Source: the human T2T-CHM13v2.0 reference genome, Homo sapiens
Reading direction: 5' to 3' (one strand)
Length of the DNA: 64,000 nucleotides
NCBI RefSeq assembly: GCF_009914755.1
Contig: NC_060939.1
The notes beneath the pieces are model-generated. The model worked only from the letters and a program-made list of their open reading frames with translations. It did not search any database and was not told the DNA's origin. Positions 31,200-49,100 of the stretch are shown one piece after another (the stretch's first letter is position 1; every line of letters begins with the position of its first letter). Position numbers and translations under genes: made by a program.

Positions 31200-34100
31200 T
31201 ATAGTGTACATAAAATAACAAAGTACACAAACTATAAATTATATACTGTGCATAAAATATGAAATTACATCAAATATATATTAGGTAAATAAAATATGAA
31301 AGTACATCAAATATAGATTATATACTGTACATATAATATCAATGTACCCCAAATATATATTTTATACTCTACATGAAATATCAAAGTTCACAAACCATAT
31401 ATTATATACTGTACATAAAATATCAAAGTACCCAAGGTATATATTCTATACTGTACAAAAAATATCAAAGTACCCAAAGCATGTATTATATACTGTACAT
31501 AAAATATGTAAGTACATCAAATATATATTTTATTCTGTACATAAAATATCAAAGTACACCAGATATATATTCTATAGTGTACATAAAATATCAAAGTACC
31601 CAAATTATACATTATATACTGTACATAAAATATGAAATTACATCAAATATATTTTATGTTAGGTACATAAAATATGAAAGTACATCAAATATAGATTATA
31701 TACTGTACATAAAATATCAAAGTACCCCAAATATATATTATATACTTTACATGAAATATCAAAGTTCACAAACTATATATTATATACTGTACATAAAATA
31801 TCAAAGTACCCAAGGTATATATTCTATACTGCACAAAAAATATCAAAGTACCCAAAGCATGTATTATAAACTGTACATAAAATATGAAAATACATCAAAT
31901 ATATATTTTATTCTGTACATAAAATATCAAAGTACACCAGATATATATTCTATAGTGTACATAAAATATCAAAGTACCCAAACTATACATTATATACTGT
32001 ACATAAAATATGAAATTACATCAAATATATATTAGGTACATAAAATATGAAAGTACATCTAATATAGATTATATACTGTACATAAAATATCAATGTACCC
32101 CAAATATATATTTTATACTCTACATGAAATATCAAAGTTCAGAAACCATATATTGTATACTGTACATAAAATATCAAAATACCCAAGGTATATATTCTAT
32201 ACTGTACAAAAAATATCAAAGTACCCAAAGCATGTATTATATACTGTACATAAAATATGAAAGTACATCAAATATATATTTTATTCTGTACATAAAATAT
32301 CAAAGTACACCAGTTATATATTCTATAGTGTACATAAAATATCAAAGTACCGAAACTATACATTATATACTGTACATAAAAAATGAGATTACATCAAATA
32401 TATATTTGGTACATAAAATATGAAAGTACATCTAATATAGATTATATACTGTACATAAAATATCAATGTACCCCAAATATATATTTTATACTCTACATGA
32501 AATATCAAAGTTCAGAAACCATATATTGTATACTGTACATAAAATATCAAAATACCCAAGGTATATATTCTATACTGTACAAAAAATATCAAAGTACCCA
32601 AAGCATGTATTATATACTGTACATAAAATATGAAAGTACATCAAATATAGATTATATACTGTACATAAAATATCAAAGTACCCCAAATATATATTATATA
32701 CTCTACACGAAATATCAAAGTTCAGAAAGCATATATTGTATACTGTACATAAAATATCAAAATACCCAAGGTATATATTCTATACTGTACAAAAAATATC
32801 AAAGTACCCAAAGCATGTATTATATACTGTACATAAAATATGAAAGTACATCAAATATATATTTTATTCTGTACATAAAATATCAAAGTACACAAGTTAT
32901 ATATTCTATAGTGTACATAAAATATCAAAGTACCCAAACTATACATTATATACTGTACATAAAATATGAGATTACATCAAATATATATTATATTAGGTAC
33001 AAAAAATATGAAAGTACATCAAATATAGATTATATACTGTACATAAAATATCAAAGTACCCCAAATATATATTATATACTCTACGTGAAATATCAAAGTT
33101 CACAAACTATATATTATATACTGTGCATAAAATATCAAAGTACCCAAGGTATATATTCTATACTGTACAAAAAATATCAAAGTACGCAAAGCATGTATTA
33201 TATACTGTATATAAAATATGAAAGTACATTAAATATATATTTTATTCTGTACATAAAATATCAAAGTACACCAGATATATATTCTATAGTGTACATAAAA
33301 TAACAAAGTACACAAACTATAAATTATATACTGTACATAAAATATGAAATTACATCAAATATATATTAGGTAAATAAAATATGAAAGTAAATGAAATATA
33401 GATTATATACTGTACATATAATATCAATGTACCCCAAATATATATTTTATACTCTACATGAAATATCAAAGTTCATAAACCATATATTATATACTGTACA
33501 TAAAATATCAAAGTACCCAAGGTATATATTCTATACTGTACAAAAAATATCAAAGTACCCAAAGCATGCATTATATACTGTACATAAAATATGAATGTAC
33601 ATCAAATATATATTTTATTCTGTACATAAAATATCAAAGTACACCAGATATATATTCTATAGTGTACATAAAGTATCAAAGTACCCAAACTATACATTAT
33701 ATACTGTACATAAAATATGAAATTACATCAAATATATTTTATATTAGGTACATAAAATATGAAAGTACATCAAATATAGATTATATACTGTACATAAAAT
33801 ATCAAAGTACCCCAAATATATATTATATACTCTACATGAAATATCAAAGTTCACAAACTATATATTATATACTGTACATAAAATATCAAAGTACCCAAGG
33901 TATATATTCTATACTGTACAAAAAATATCAAAGTACCAAAAGCGTGTATTATATACTGTATATAAAATATGAAATTACATCAAATATATATTTTATTCTG
34001 TACATAAAATATCAAAGTACACCAGATATATATTCTGTAGTGTACATAAAATATCAAAGTACCCAAACTACACATTATATACTGTACATAAAATATGAAA

Positions 34101-37100
34101 TTACATCAAATATATATTATATTAGGTACATAAAATACGAAAGTACATCAAATATAGATTATATACTGTCCATAAAATACCAAAGTACCCCAATATATAT
34201 TATACACTCTACATGAAATATCAAAGACCACAAACTATATATTATATACTGTACATAAAACATCAAAGTACCCAAGGTATATATTCTATACTGTACAAAA
34301 AATATCAAATTACCCAAAGCATGCATTATATACTGTATATAAAATATGAAAGTACATCAAATATATATTTTATTCTGTACATAAAATATCAAAGTACACC
34401 AGATATATATTCTATAGTGTACATAAAATAACAAAGTACAAAAACTATAAATTATATACTGTACATAAAATATGAAATTACATCAAATACATATTAGGTA
34501 CATAAAAAATGAAAGTACATTAAATGTAGATTATATACTGTACAAAAAATATCAATGTACCCCAAACATATATTTTATACTCTACATGAAATATCAAAGT
34601 TCACAAACCATATATTATATACTGTACATAAAATATCAAAGTACCCAAGGTATATATTCTATACTGTACAAAAAATATCAAAGTACCCAAAGCATGTATT
34701 ATATACTGTACATAAAATATGAAAGTATATCAAATATGTATTTTATTCTGTACATAAAATATCAAAGTACACCAGATATACATTATATAGTGTACATAAA
34801 ATATCAAAGTACCCAAACTATACATTATATACTGTACATAAAATATGAAATTACATCAAATATATTTTATAGTAGGTACATAAAATATGAAAGTACATCA
34901 AATATAGATTATATACTGTACATTAAATAAAAAAGTACCCCAAATATATATTATATACTCTACATGAAATATCAAAGTTCACAAACCATATATTATATAC
35001 TGTACATAAAATATCAAAGTACCCAAGGTATATATTCTATACTGTACAAAAAATATCAAAGTACCCAAAGCATGTATTATATACTGTATATAAAATATGA
35101 ATGTACATCAAATATATATTTTATTCTGTACATAAAATATCAAAGTACACCAGATATATATTCTATAGTGTACATAAAATAACAGAGTACACAAACTATA
35201 AATTATATACTGGACATAAAATATGAAATTACATCAAATATATATTAGGTACATAAAATATGAAAGTACATCACATATAGATTATATACTGTACATAAAA
35301 TATCAATGTACCCCAAATATATATTTTATACTCTACATGAAATATCAAAGTTCACAAACCATATATTATATACTGTACATAAAATATCAAAGTACCCAAG
35401 GTATATATTCTATACTGTACAAAAAATATCAAAGTACCCAAAGCATGCATTATATACGGTACATAAACTATGAAAGTACATCAAATATATATTTTAATCT
35501 GTACATAAAACATCAAAGTACACCAGATATATATTCTATAGTGTACATAAAATAACAGAGTACCCAAACTATAAATTATATACTGTACATAAAATATGAA
35601 ATTACATCAAATATATATTATATTAGGTACATAAAATATGAAAGTACATCAAATATAGATTATATACTGTCCATAAAATATCAAAGTACCCAAGGTATAT
35701 ATTCTATACTGTACAAAAAATATCAAAGTACCCAAAGCATGTATTATATACTGTACATAAAATATGAAAGTACATCAAATATATATTTTATTCTGTACAT
35801 AAAATATCAAAGTACACCAGATATATATTCTATAGTGTGCATAAAATAACAAAGTACACACACTATAAATTATATACTGTACATAAAATATGAAATTACA
35901 TCAAATATATATTAGGTACATAAAATATGAAAGTACATCAAATATAGATTATATACTGTACATAAAATATCAATGTACCCCAAATATATATTTTATACTC
36001 TACATGAAATATCAAAGTTCACAAACCATATATTATATACTATACATAAAATATCAAAGTACCCAAGGTATATATTCTATACTGTACAAAAAATATCAAA
36101 GTACCCAAAGCATGTATTATATACTGTACATAATATATGAAAGTACATCAATTATATATTTTATTCTGTACATAAAATATCAAAGTACACCAGATATATA
36201 TTCTATAGTGTACATAAAATAACAAAGTACACAAACTATAAATTATATACTGTACATAAAATATGAAATTACATCAAATATATATTAGGTACATAAAATA
36301 TGAAAGTACATCAAATATAGATTATATACTGTACATAAAATATCAATGTACCCCAAATATATATTTTATACTCTACATGAAATATCAAAGTTCACAATCC
36401 ATATATTATATACTGTACATAAAATATCAAAGTAATGAAGGTATATATTCTATACTGTACAAAAAATATCAAAATACCCAAAGCATGTATTATATACTGT
36501 GCATAAAATATGAAAGTACATCAAATACATATTTTATTCTGTACATAAAATATCAAAGTACACCAGATATATATTCTTTAGTGTACATAAAATATTAAAG
36601 TACCCAAACAATACATTATATACTGTACATAAAATATGAAATTACATCAAATATATATTATATTAGGTACATAAAATATGAAAGTATATCACATATAGAT
36701 TATATACTGTACGTAAAATATCAAAGTACCTCAAATATATATTATATACTGTACATGAAATATCAAAGTTCACAAACTATATATTATATACTGTACATAA
36801 AATATCAAAGTACCCAAGGTATATATTCTATACTGTACAAAAAATATCAAAGTACCAAAAGCATGTATTATATACTGTACATAAAATATGAAAGTACATC
36901 AAATATATGTTTTATTCTGTACATAAAATATCAAAGTACACCAGATATATTCTATAGTGTACATAAAATATCAAAATACCCAACTATATATTTTATACTG
37001 TACATAAAATATGAAATTACATCAAATATATATTAGGTACATAAAATATGAAAGTACATCAAATATAGATAATATACTGTATATAAAATATCAAAGTACC

Positions 37101-40100
37101 CCAAATATATATTATATACTGTACATGAAATATCAAAGTTCACAAACTATATATTATATACTGTACATAAAATATCAAAGTACCCAAGGTATATTTTCTA
37201 TACTGTACAAAAAATATCAAAGTACCCAAAGCATGTATTATATACTGTATATAAAATATGAATGTACATCAAATATATATTTTATTCTGTACATAAAATA
37301 TCAAAGTACACCAGATATATATTCTATAGTGTACATAAAATAACAGAGTACACAAACTATAAATTATATACTGTACATAAAATATGAAATTACATCAAAT
37401 ATATATTATATTAGGTACATAAAATATGAAGGTACATCAAATATAGATTATATACTGTCCATAAAATATCAAAGTACCCAAGGTATATATTCTATACTGT
37501 ACAAAAAATATCAAAGTACCCAAAGCATGTATTATATACTGTACATAATATATGAAAGTACATCAATTATATATTTTATTCTGTACATAAAATATCAAAG
37601 TACACCAGATATATATTCTATAGTGTACATAAAATATCAAAGTACCCAAACTATACATTATATACGGTACATAAAATATGAAATTACATCAAATATATTT
37701 TATATTAGGTACATAAAATATGAAAGTACATCAAATATAGATTATATACTGTACATAAAATATCAAAGTACCCCAAATATATATTATATACTCTACATGA
37801 AATATCAAAGTTCACAAACTATATATTATATACTGTACATAAAATATCAAACTACCCAAGGTATATATTCTATACTGCACAAAAAATATCAAAGTAACAA
37901 AAGCATGTATTATAAACTGTACATAAAATATGAAAGTACATCAAATATATATTTTATTCTGTACATAAAATATCAAAGTACACCAGATATATATTCTATA
38001 GAGTACATAAAATATCAAAGTACCCAAACTATACATTATATACTGTACATAAAATATGAAATTACATCAAATATATATTAGGTACATAAAATATGAAAGT
38101 ACATCTAATATAGATTATATACTGTACATAAAATATCAATGTACCCCAAATATATATTTTATACTCTACATGAAATATCAAAGTTCAGAAACCATATATT
38201 GTATACTGTACATAAAATATCAAAATACCCAAGGTATATATTCTATACTGTACAAAAAATATCAAAGTACCCAAAGCATGTATTATATACTGTACATAAA
38301 ATATGAAAGTACATCAAATATATATTTTACTCTGTACAGAAAATATCAAAGTACACCAGTTATATATTCTATAGTGTACATAAAATATCAAAGTACCCAA
38401 ACTATACATTATATACTGTACATAAAATATGAGATTACATCAAATATATATTATATTAGGTACAAAAAATATGAAAGTACATCAAATATAGATTATATAC
38501 TGTACATAAAATATCAAAGTACACCAAATATATATTATATACTCTACATGAAATATCAAAGTTCACAAACTATATATTATATACTGTACATAAAATATCA
38601 AAGTACCCAAGGTATATATTCTATACTGTACAAAAAATATCAAAGTACCCAAAGCATGTATTATATACTGTATATAAAATATGAAAGTACATTAAATATA
38701 TATTTTATTCTGTACATAAAATATCAAAGTACACCAGATATATATTCTATAGTGTACATAAAATAACAAAGTACACAAACTATAAATTATATACTGTACA
38801 TAAAATATGAAATTACATCAAATATATATTATATTAGGTACATAAAATATGAAAGTACATCAAATATAGATTATATACTGTCCATAAAATATCAAAGTAC
38901 CCAAGGTATATATTCTATACTGTACAAAAAATATCAAAGTACCCAAAGCATGTATTATATACTGTACATAAAATATGAAAGTACATCAAATATATATTTT
39001 ATTCTGTACATAAAATATCAAAGTACACCAGATATATATTCTATAGTGTGCATAAAATAACAAAGTACACACACTATAAATTATATACTGTACATAAAAT
39101 ATGAAATTACATCAAATATATATTAGGTACATAAAATATGAAAGTACATCAAATATAGATTATATACTGTACATAAAATATCAATGTACCCCAAATATAT
39201 ATTTTATACTCTACATGAAATATCAAAGTTCACAAACCATATATTATATACTATACATAAAATATCAAAGTACTCAAGGTATATATTCTATACTGTACAA
39301 AAAATATCAAAGTACCCAAAGCATGTATTATATACTGTATATAAAATATGAATGTACATCAAATATATATTTTATTCTGTACATAAAATATCAAAGTACA
39401 CCAGATATATATTCTATAGTGTACATAAAATAACAGAGTACACAAACTATAAATTATATACTGGACATAAAATATGAAATTACATCAAATATATATTAGG
39501 TACATAAAATATGAAAGTACATCACATATAGATTATATACTGTACATAAAATATCAATGTACCCAAAATATATATTTTATACTCTACATGAAATATCAAA
39601 GTTCACAAACCATATATTATATACTGTACATAATATATCAAAGTACCCAAGGTATATATTCTATACTGTACAAAAAATATCAAAGTACCCAAATCATGCA
39701 TTATATACGGTACATAAACTATGAAAGTACATCAAATATATATTTTAATCTGTACATAAAACATCAAAGTACACCAGATATATATTCTATAGTGTACATA
39801 AAATAACAGAGTACCCAAACTATAAATTATATACTGTACATAAAATATGAAATTACATCAAATATATATTATATTAGGTACATAAAATATGAAAGTACAT
39901 CAAATATAGATTATATACCGTCCATAAAATATCAAAGTACCCAAGGTATATATTCTATACTGTACAAAAAATATCAAAGTACCCAAAGCATGTATTATAT
40001 ACTGTACATAAAATATGAAAGTACATCAAATATATATTTTATTCTGTACATAAAATATCAAAGTACACCAGATATATATTCTATAGTGTGCATAAAATAA

Positions 40101-43100
40101 CAAAGTACACACACTATAAATTATATACTGTACATAAAATATGAAATTACATCAAATATATATTAGGTACATAAAATATGAGAGTACATCAAATATAGAT
40201 TATATACTGTACATAAAATATCAATGTACCCCAAATATATATTTTATACTCTACATGAAATATCAAAGTTCACAAACCATATATTATATACTATACATAA
40301 AATATCAAAGTACCCAAGGTATATATTCTATACTGTACAAAAAATATCAAAGTACCCAAAGCATGTATTATATACTGTACATAATATATGAAAGTACATC
40401 AATTATATATTTTATTCTGTACATAAAATATCAAAGTACACCAGATATATATTCTATAGTGTACATAAAATAACAAAGTACACAAACTATAAATTATATA
40501 CTGTACATAAAATATGAAATTACATCAAATATATATTAGGTACATAAAATATGAAAGTACATCAAATATAGATTATATACTGTACATAAAATATCAATGT
40601 ACCCCAAATATATATTTTATACTCTACATGAAATATCAAAGTTCACAATCCATATATTATATACTGTACATAAAATATCAAAGTAACGAAGGTATATATT
40701 CTATACTGTACAAAAAATATCAAAATACCCAAAGCATGTATTATATACTGTGCATAAAATATGAAAGTACATCAAATACATATTTTATTCTGTACATAAA
40801 ATATCAAAGTACACCAGATATATATTCTTTAGTGTACATAAAATATTAAAGTACCCGAACTATACATTATATACTGTACATAAAATATGAAATTATATCA
40901 AATATATATTATATTAGGTACATAAAATATGAAAGTATATCACATATAGATTATATACTGTACGTAAAATATCAAAGTACCTCAAATATATATTATATAC
41001 TGTACATGAAATATCAAAGTTCACAAACTATATATTATATACTGTACATAAAATATCAAAGTACCCAAGGTATATATTCTATACCGTACAAAAAATATCA
41101 AAGTACCAAAAGCATGTATTATATACTGTACATAAAATATGAAAGTACATCAAATATATGTTTTATTCTGTACATAAAATATCAAAGTACACCAGATATA
41201 TATTCTATAGTGTACATAAAATATCAAAATACCCAACTATATATTTTATACTGTACATAAAATATGAAATTACATCAAATATATATTAGGTACATAAAAT
41301 ATGAAAGTACATCAAATATAGATAATATACTGTATATAAAATATCAAAGTACCCCAAATATATATTATATACTGTACATGAAATATCAAAGTTCACAAAC
41401 TATATATTATATACTGTACATAAAATATCAAAGTACCCAAGGTATATTTTCTATACTGTACAAAAAATATCAAAGTACCCAAAGCATGTATTATATACTG
41501 TATATAAAATATGAATGTACATCAAATATATATTTTATTCTGTACATAAAATATCAAAGTACACCAGATATATATTCTATAGTGTACATAAAATAACAGA
41601 GTACACAAACTATAAATTATATACTGTACATAAAATATGAAATTACATCAAATATATATTATATTAGGTACATAAAATATGAAGGTACATCAAATATAGA
41701 TTATATACTGTCCATAAAATATCAAAGTACCCAAGGTATATATTCTATACTGTACAAAAAATATCAAAGTACCCAAAGCATGTATTATATACTGTATATA
41801 AAATATGAAAGTACATTAAAGATATATTTTATTCTGTACATAAAATATCAAAGTACACCAGATATATATTCTATAGTGTACATAAAATAACAAAGTACAC
41901 AAACTATAAATTATATACTGTACATAAAATATGAAATTACATCAAATATATATTAGGTACATAAAATATGAAAGTACAGCAAATATAGATTATATACTGT
42001 ACATAAAATATCAATGTACCCCAAATATATATTTTATACTCTACATGAAATATCAAAGTTCACAAACCATATATTATATACTGTACATAAAATATCAAAG
42101 TACCCAAGGTATATATTCTATACTGTACAAAAAATATCAAAGTACCGAAAGCATGTATTATATACTGTACATAAAATATGAAAGTACATCAATTATATAT
42201 TTTATTCTGTACATAAAATATCAAAGTACACCAGATATATATTCTATAGTGTCCATAAAATAAAAAAGTACCCAAACTATACATTATATACTGTACATAA
42301 AATATGAAATTACATCAAATATATATTAGGTACATAAAATATGAAAGTACATCAAATATAGATTATATAATGTACATAAAATATCAAAGTACCCCAAATA
42401 TATATTATATACTGTACATGAAATATCAAAGTTCACAAACTATATATTATATACTGTACATAAAATATCAAAGTACCCAGGGTATATATTCTATACTGTA
42501 CAAAAAAATATCAAAGTACCCAAAGCATGTATTATATACTGTACATAAAATATGAAAGTACATCAAATATATATTTTCTTCTGTACATAAAATATCAAAG
42601 TACACCAGATATATATTCTGTAGTGTACATAAAATATCAAAGTACACAAACTATACATTATATACTGTACATAAAATATGAAATTACATCAAATATATAT
42701 TAGGTACATAAAATATGAAAGTACATCAAATGTATATTTTATTCTGTACATAAAATATCAAAGTACACCAAATATATATTCCATAGTATATATAAAATAT
42801 CAAAGTACCCAAACTATACATTATATACTGTACATAAAATATGAAATTAGGTCAAATATATATTATATTAGGTACATAAAATTTGAAAGTACATCAAATA
42901 TAGATTATCTATTCTACATAAAATATCAAAGTACCCCAAATATACATTATATACTCTACATGAAATATCAAAATACACAAACTATATATTATATACTGTA
43001 CATAAAATATCAAAGTACCCAAGGTATGTATTCTATACTGTACAAAAAATATCAAAGTTCCCAAAGCAAGTATTATATACCATACATAAAATATGAAAGT

Positions 43101-46100
43101 ACATCAAATATATATTTTATTCTGCACATAAAATATGAAAGTACACAAGATCTATATTTTATAGTGTACATAAAATATCAAAGTACAGAAACTATACATT
43201 ATGTATTGTACATAAAATATGAAATTTCATCAAGTATATATTAGGTACATAAAATATGAAAGTACATCAAATATAGATTATATACTATACATAAAATATC
43301 AAAGTACACCAAATATATATTATATACTGTATATGAAATATAAAAGTTCACAAACTATATATTATATACTATACATAAAATATCAAAGTACCCAAGGTAT
43401 ATATTCTATACTGTACAAAAAATATCAAAGTACCTAAAGCATGTATTATATACTGTACCTAATATATGAAACTACATCAATTATATATTTTATTCTGTAC
43501 ATAAAATATCAAAGTACACCAGATATATATTCTATAGTGTACATAAAATATCAAAGTACCCAAACTATGCATTATATACTGTACATAAAATATGAAATTA
43601 CATCAAATATATATTAGGTACATGAAATATGAAAGTACTTCCATTATAGATTATATACTGTCCATAAAATATCAAAGTACCCAAGGTATATATTCTATAC
43701 TGTACAAAAAATATCAAAGTACCCAAAGCTTGTATTATATACTGTACATAAAATATGAAAGTACATCAAATATATATTTTATCCTGTACATAAAATATGA
43801 AAGTACACCAGATATATATTCTATAGTGTACATAAAATATCAAAGTACTCAAACTATACATTATATACTGTACATAAAATATGAAATTACATCAAATATA
43901 TATTATATTAGGAACATAAAATATGAAAGTACATCAAATATAGATTATATACTGTACATTAAATACCAAAGTACCCCAAATATATATTTTATACTGTACA
44001 TGAAATATCAAAGTTCACAAACTATATATTATATACTGTACATATAATATCAAAGTACCCAAGGTATATATTCTATACTGTACAAAAAATAACAAAGTAC
44101 CAAAAGCATGTATTATATACTGTACCTAAACTATGAAAGTACATCAAATATATATTTTATTCTGTACATAAAATATCAAAGTACACCAGATATATATTCT
44201 ATAGTGTACATAAAATATCAAAGTACCCAAACTATACATTATATACTGTACATAAAATATGAAATTACTTCAAATATATACTATATTAGGTACATATAAT
44301 ATGAAAGTACATCAAATATTGATTCTGTACTGTTCATAAAATATCAATGTACCCCAAATATATATTTTATACTCGACATGAAATATCAAAGTTCACAAAC
44401 CATATATTATATACTGTATATAAAATATAAAAGTACCCAAGGTATATATTCTATACTGTACAAAAAATATCAAAGTACCCAAAGCATGTATTATATACAG
44501 TACATAAAATATGAAAGTACATCAAATATATTTTTTATTCTGTATATAAAATATCAAAGTACACCAGATATATATTCTATAGTGTACATAAAATATCAAA
44601 GTACCCAAACTATACATTATATACTGTACATAAAATATGAAATTACATAAAATATATATTAGGTACATAAAATATGAAAGTACAGCAAATATAGATTATA
44701 TACTGTACATAAAATATCAATGTACCCCAAATATATATTTTATACTCTACATGAAATATCAAAGTTCACAAACCATATATTATATACTGTACATAAAATA
44801 TCAAAGTACCCAAGGTATATATTCTATACTGTACAAAAAATATCAAAGTACCGAAAGCATGTATTATATACTGTACATAAAATATGAAAGTACATCAATT
44901 ATATATTTTATTCTGTACATAAAATATCAAAGTACACCAGATATATATTCTATAGTGTCCATAAAATAAAAAAGTACCCAAACTATACATTATATACTGT
45001 ACATAAAATATGAAATTACATCAAATATATATTAGGTACATAAAATATGAAAGTACATCAAATATAGATTATATAATGTACATAAAATATCAAAGTACCC
45101 CAAATATATATTATATACTGTACATGAAATATCAAAGTTCACAAACTATATATTATATACTGTACATAAAATATCAAAGTACCCAGGGTATATATTCTAT
45201 ACTGTACAAAAAAATATCAAAGTACCCAAAGCATGTATTATATACTGTACATAAAATATGAAAGTACATCAAATATATATTTTCTTCTGTACATAAAATA
45301 TCAAAGTACACCAGATATATATTCTATAGTGTACATAAAATATCAAAGTACACAAACTATACATTATATACTGTACATAAAATATGAAATTACATCAAAT
45401 ATATATTAGGTACATAAAATATGAAAGTACATCAAATGTATATTTTATTCTGTACATAAAATATCAAAGTACACCAAATATATATTCCATAGTATATATA
45501 AAATATCAAAGTACCCAAACTATACATTATATACTGTACATAAAATATGAAATTAGGTCAAATATATATTATATTAGGTACATAAAATTTGAAAGTACAT
45601 CAAATATAGATTATCTATTCTACATAAAATATCAAAGTACCCCAAATATACATTATATACTCTACATGAAATATCAAAATACACAAACTATATATTATAT
45701 ACTGTACATAAAATATCAAAGTACCCAAGGTATGTATTCTATACTGTACAAAAAATATCAAAGTTCCCAAAGCAAGTATTATATACCATACATAAAATAT
45801 GAAAGTACATCAAATATATATTTTATTCTGCACATAAAATATGAAAGTACACAAGATCTATATTTTATAGTGTACATAAAATATCAAAGTACAGAAACTA
45901 TACATTATGTATTGTACATAAAATATGAAATTACATCAAATATATATTATATTAGGTACATAAAATATGAAAGTACATCAAATATAGATTATATACTGTA
46001 CATAAAATATCAAAGTACCCCAAATATATATTATATACTCTACATGAAATATCAAAGTTCACAAACTATATATTATATACTGTCCATAAAATATCAAAGT

Positions 46101-49100
46101 ACCCAAGGTATATATTCTATACTGTACAAAAAATATCAAAGTACCCAAAGCATGTATTATATACTGTACATAATATATGAAAGTACATCAATTATATATT
46201 TTATTCTGTACATAAAATATCAAAGTACACCAGATATATATTCTATAGTGTACATAAAATATCAATGTACCCAAACTATACATTATATACGGTACATAAA
46301 ATATGAAATTACATCAAATATATTTTATATTAGGTACATAAAATATGAAAGTACATCAAATATAGATTATATACTGTACATAAAATATCAAAGTACCCCA
46401 AATATATATTATATACTCTACATGAAATATCAAAGTTCACAAACTATATATTATATACTGTACATAAAATATCAAAGTACCCAAGGTATATATTCTATAC
46501 TGCACAAAAAATATCAAAGTACCCAAAGCATGTATTATAAACTGTACATAAAATATGAAAGTACATCAAATATATATTTTATTCTGTACATAAAATATCA
46601 AAGTACACCAGATATATATTCTATAGTGTACATAAAATATCAAAGTACCCAAACTATACATTATATACTGTACATAAAATATGAAATTACATCAAATATA
46701 TATTAGGTACATAAAATATGAAAGTACATCTAATATAGATTATATACTGTACATAAAATATCAATGTACCCCAAATATATATTTTATACTCTACATGAAA
46801 TATCAAAGTTCAGAAACCATATATTGTATACTGTACATAAAATATCAAAATACCCAAGGTATATATTCTATACTGTACAAAAAATATCAAAGTACCCAAA
46901 GCATGTATTATATACTGTACATAAAATATGAAAGTACATCAAATATATATTTTACTCTGTACAGAAAATATCAAAGTACACCAGTTATATATTCTATAGT
47001 GTACATAAAATATCAAAGTACCCAAACTATACATTATATACTGTACATAAAATATGAGATTACATCAAATATATATTATATTAGGTACAAAAAATATGAA
47101 AGTACATCAAATATAGATTATATACTGTACATAAAATATCAAAGTACACCAAATATATATTATATACTCTACATGAAATATCAAAGTTCACAAACTATAT
47201 ATTATATACTGTACATAAAATATCAAAGTACCCAAGGTATATATTCTATACTGTACAAAAAATATCAAAGTACCCAAAGCATGTATTATATACTGTATAT
47301 AAAATATGAAAGTACATTAAATATATATTTTATTCTGTACATAAAATATCAAAGTACACCAGATATATATTCTATAGTGTACATAAAATAACAAAGTACA
47401 CAAACTATAAATTATATACTGTACATAAAATATGAAATTACATCAAATATATATTATATTAGGTACATAAAATATGAAAGTACATCAAATATAGATTATA
47501 TACTGTCCATAAAATATCAAAGTACCCAAGGTATATATTCTATACTGTACAAAAAATATCAAAGTACCCAAAGCATGTATTATATACTGTACATAAAATA
47601 TGAAAGTACATCAAATATATATTTTATTCTGTACATAAAATATCAAAGTACACCAGATATATATTCTATAGTGTGCATAAAATAACAAAGTACACACACT
47701 ATAAATTATATACTGTACATAAAATATGAAATTACATCAAATATATATTAGGTACATAAAATATGAAAGTACATCAAATATAGATTATATACTGTACATA
47801 AAATATCAATGTACCCCAAATATATATTTTATACTCTACATGAAATATCAAAGTTCACAAACCATATATTATATACTGTACATAAAATATCAAAGTACCC
47901 AAGGTATATATTCTATACTGTACAAAAAATATCAAAGTACCCAAAGCATGTATTATATACTGTACATAATATATGAAAGTACATCAATTATATATTTTAT
48001 TCTGTACATAAAATATCAAAGTACACCAGATATATATTCTATAGTGTACATAAAATAACAAAGTACACAAACTATAAATTATATACTGTACATAAAATAT
48101 GAAATTACATCAAATATATATTAGGTACATAAAATATGAAAGTACATCAAATATAGATTATATACTGTACATAAAATATCAATGTACCCCAAATATATAT
48201 TTTATACTCTACATGAAATATCAAAGTTCACAATCCATATATTATATACTGTACATAAAATATCAAAGTAACGAAGGTATATATTCTATACTGTACAAAA
48301 AATATCAAAATACCCAAAGCATGTATTATATACTGTGCATAAAATATGAAAGTACATCAAATACATATTTTATTCTGTACATAAAATATCAAAGTACACC
48401 AGATATATATTCTTTAGTGTACATAAAATATTAAAGTACCCGAACTATACATTATATACTGTACATAAAATATGAAATTATATCAAATATATATTATATT
48501 AGGTACATAAAATATGAAAGTATATCACATATAGATTATATACTGTACGTAAAATATCAAAGTACCTCAAATATATATTATATACTGTACATGAAATATC
48601 AAAGTTCACAAACTATATATTATATACTGTACATAAAATATCAAAGTACCCAAGGTATATATTCTATACCGTACAAAAAATATCAAAGTACCAAAAGCAT
48701 GTATTATATACTGTACATAAAATATGAAAGTACATCAAATATATGTTTTATTCTGTACATAAAATATCAAAGTACACCAGATATATATTCTATAGTGTAC
48801 ATAAAATATCAAAATACCCAACTATATATTTTATACTGTACATAAAATATGAAATTACATCAAATATATATTAGGTACATAAAATATGAAAGTACATCAA
48901 ATATAGATAATATACTGTATATAAAATATCAAAGTACCCCAAATATATATTATATACTGTACATGAAATATCAAAGTTCACAAACTATATATTATATACT
49001 GTACATAAAATATCAAAGTACCCAAGGTATATTTTCTATACTGTACAAAAAATATCAAAGTACCCAAAGCATGTATTATATACTGTATATAAAATATGAA

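Larger units (their letters stand above)
10530..31200 (+). repeat. Copy 1 of large tandem duplication within the satellite (~20.66 kb)
   Basis: ORFs and rare variants match copy 2 at offsets 20664 (10678/31342 to 13808/34472), 21042 (14181/35223 to 18432/39474) and 22460 (18804/41264 to 30927/53387). The left edge lies between 10482 (mismatch) and 10586 (shared CTGTGCAT variant). Confidence 0.9.
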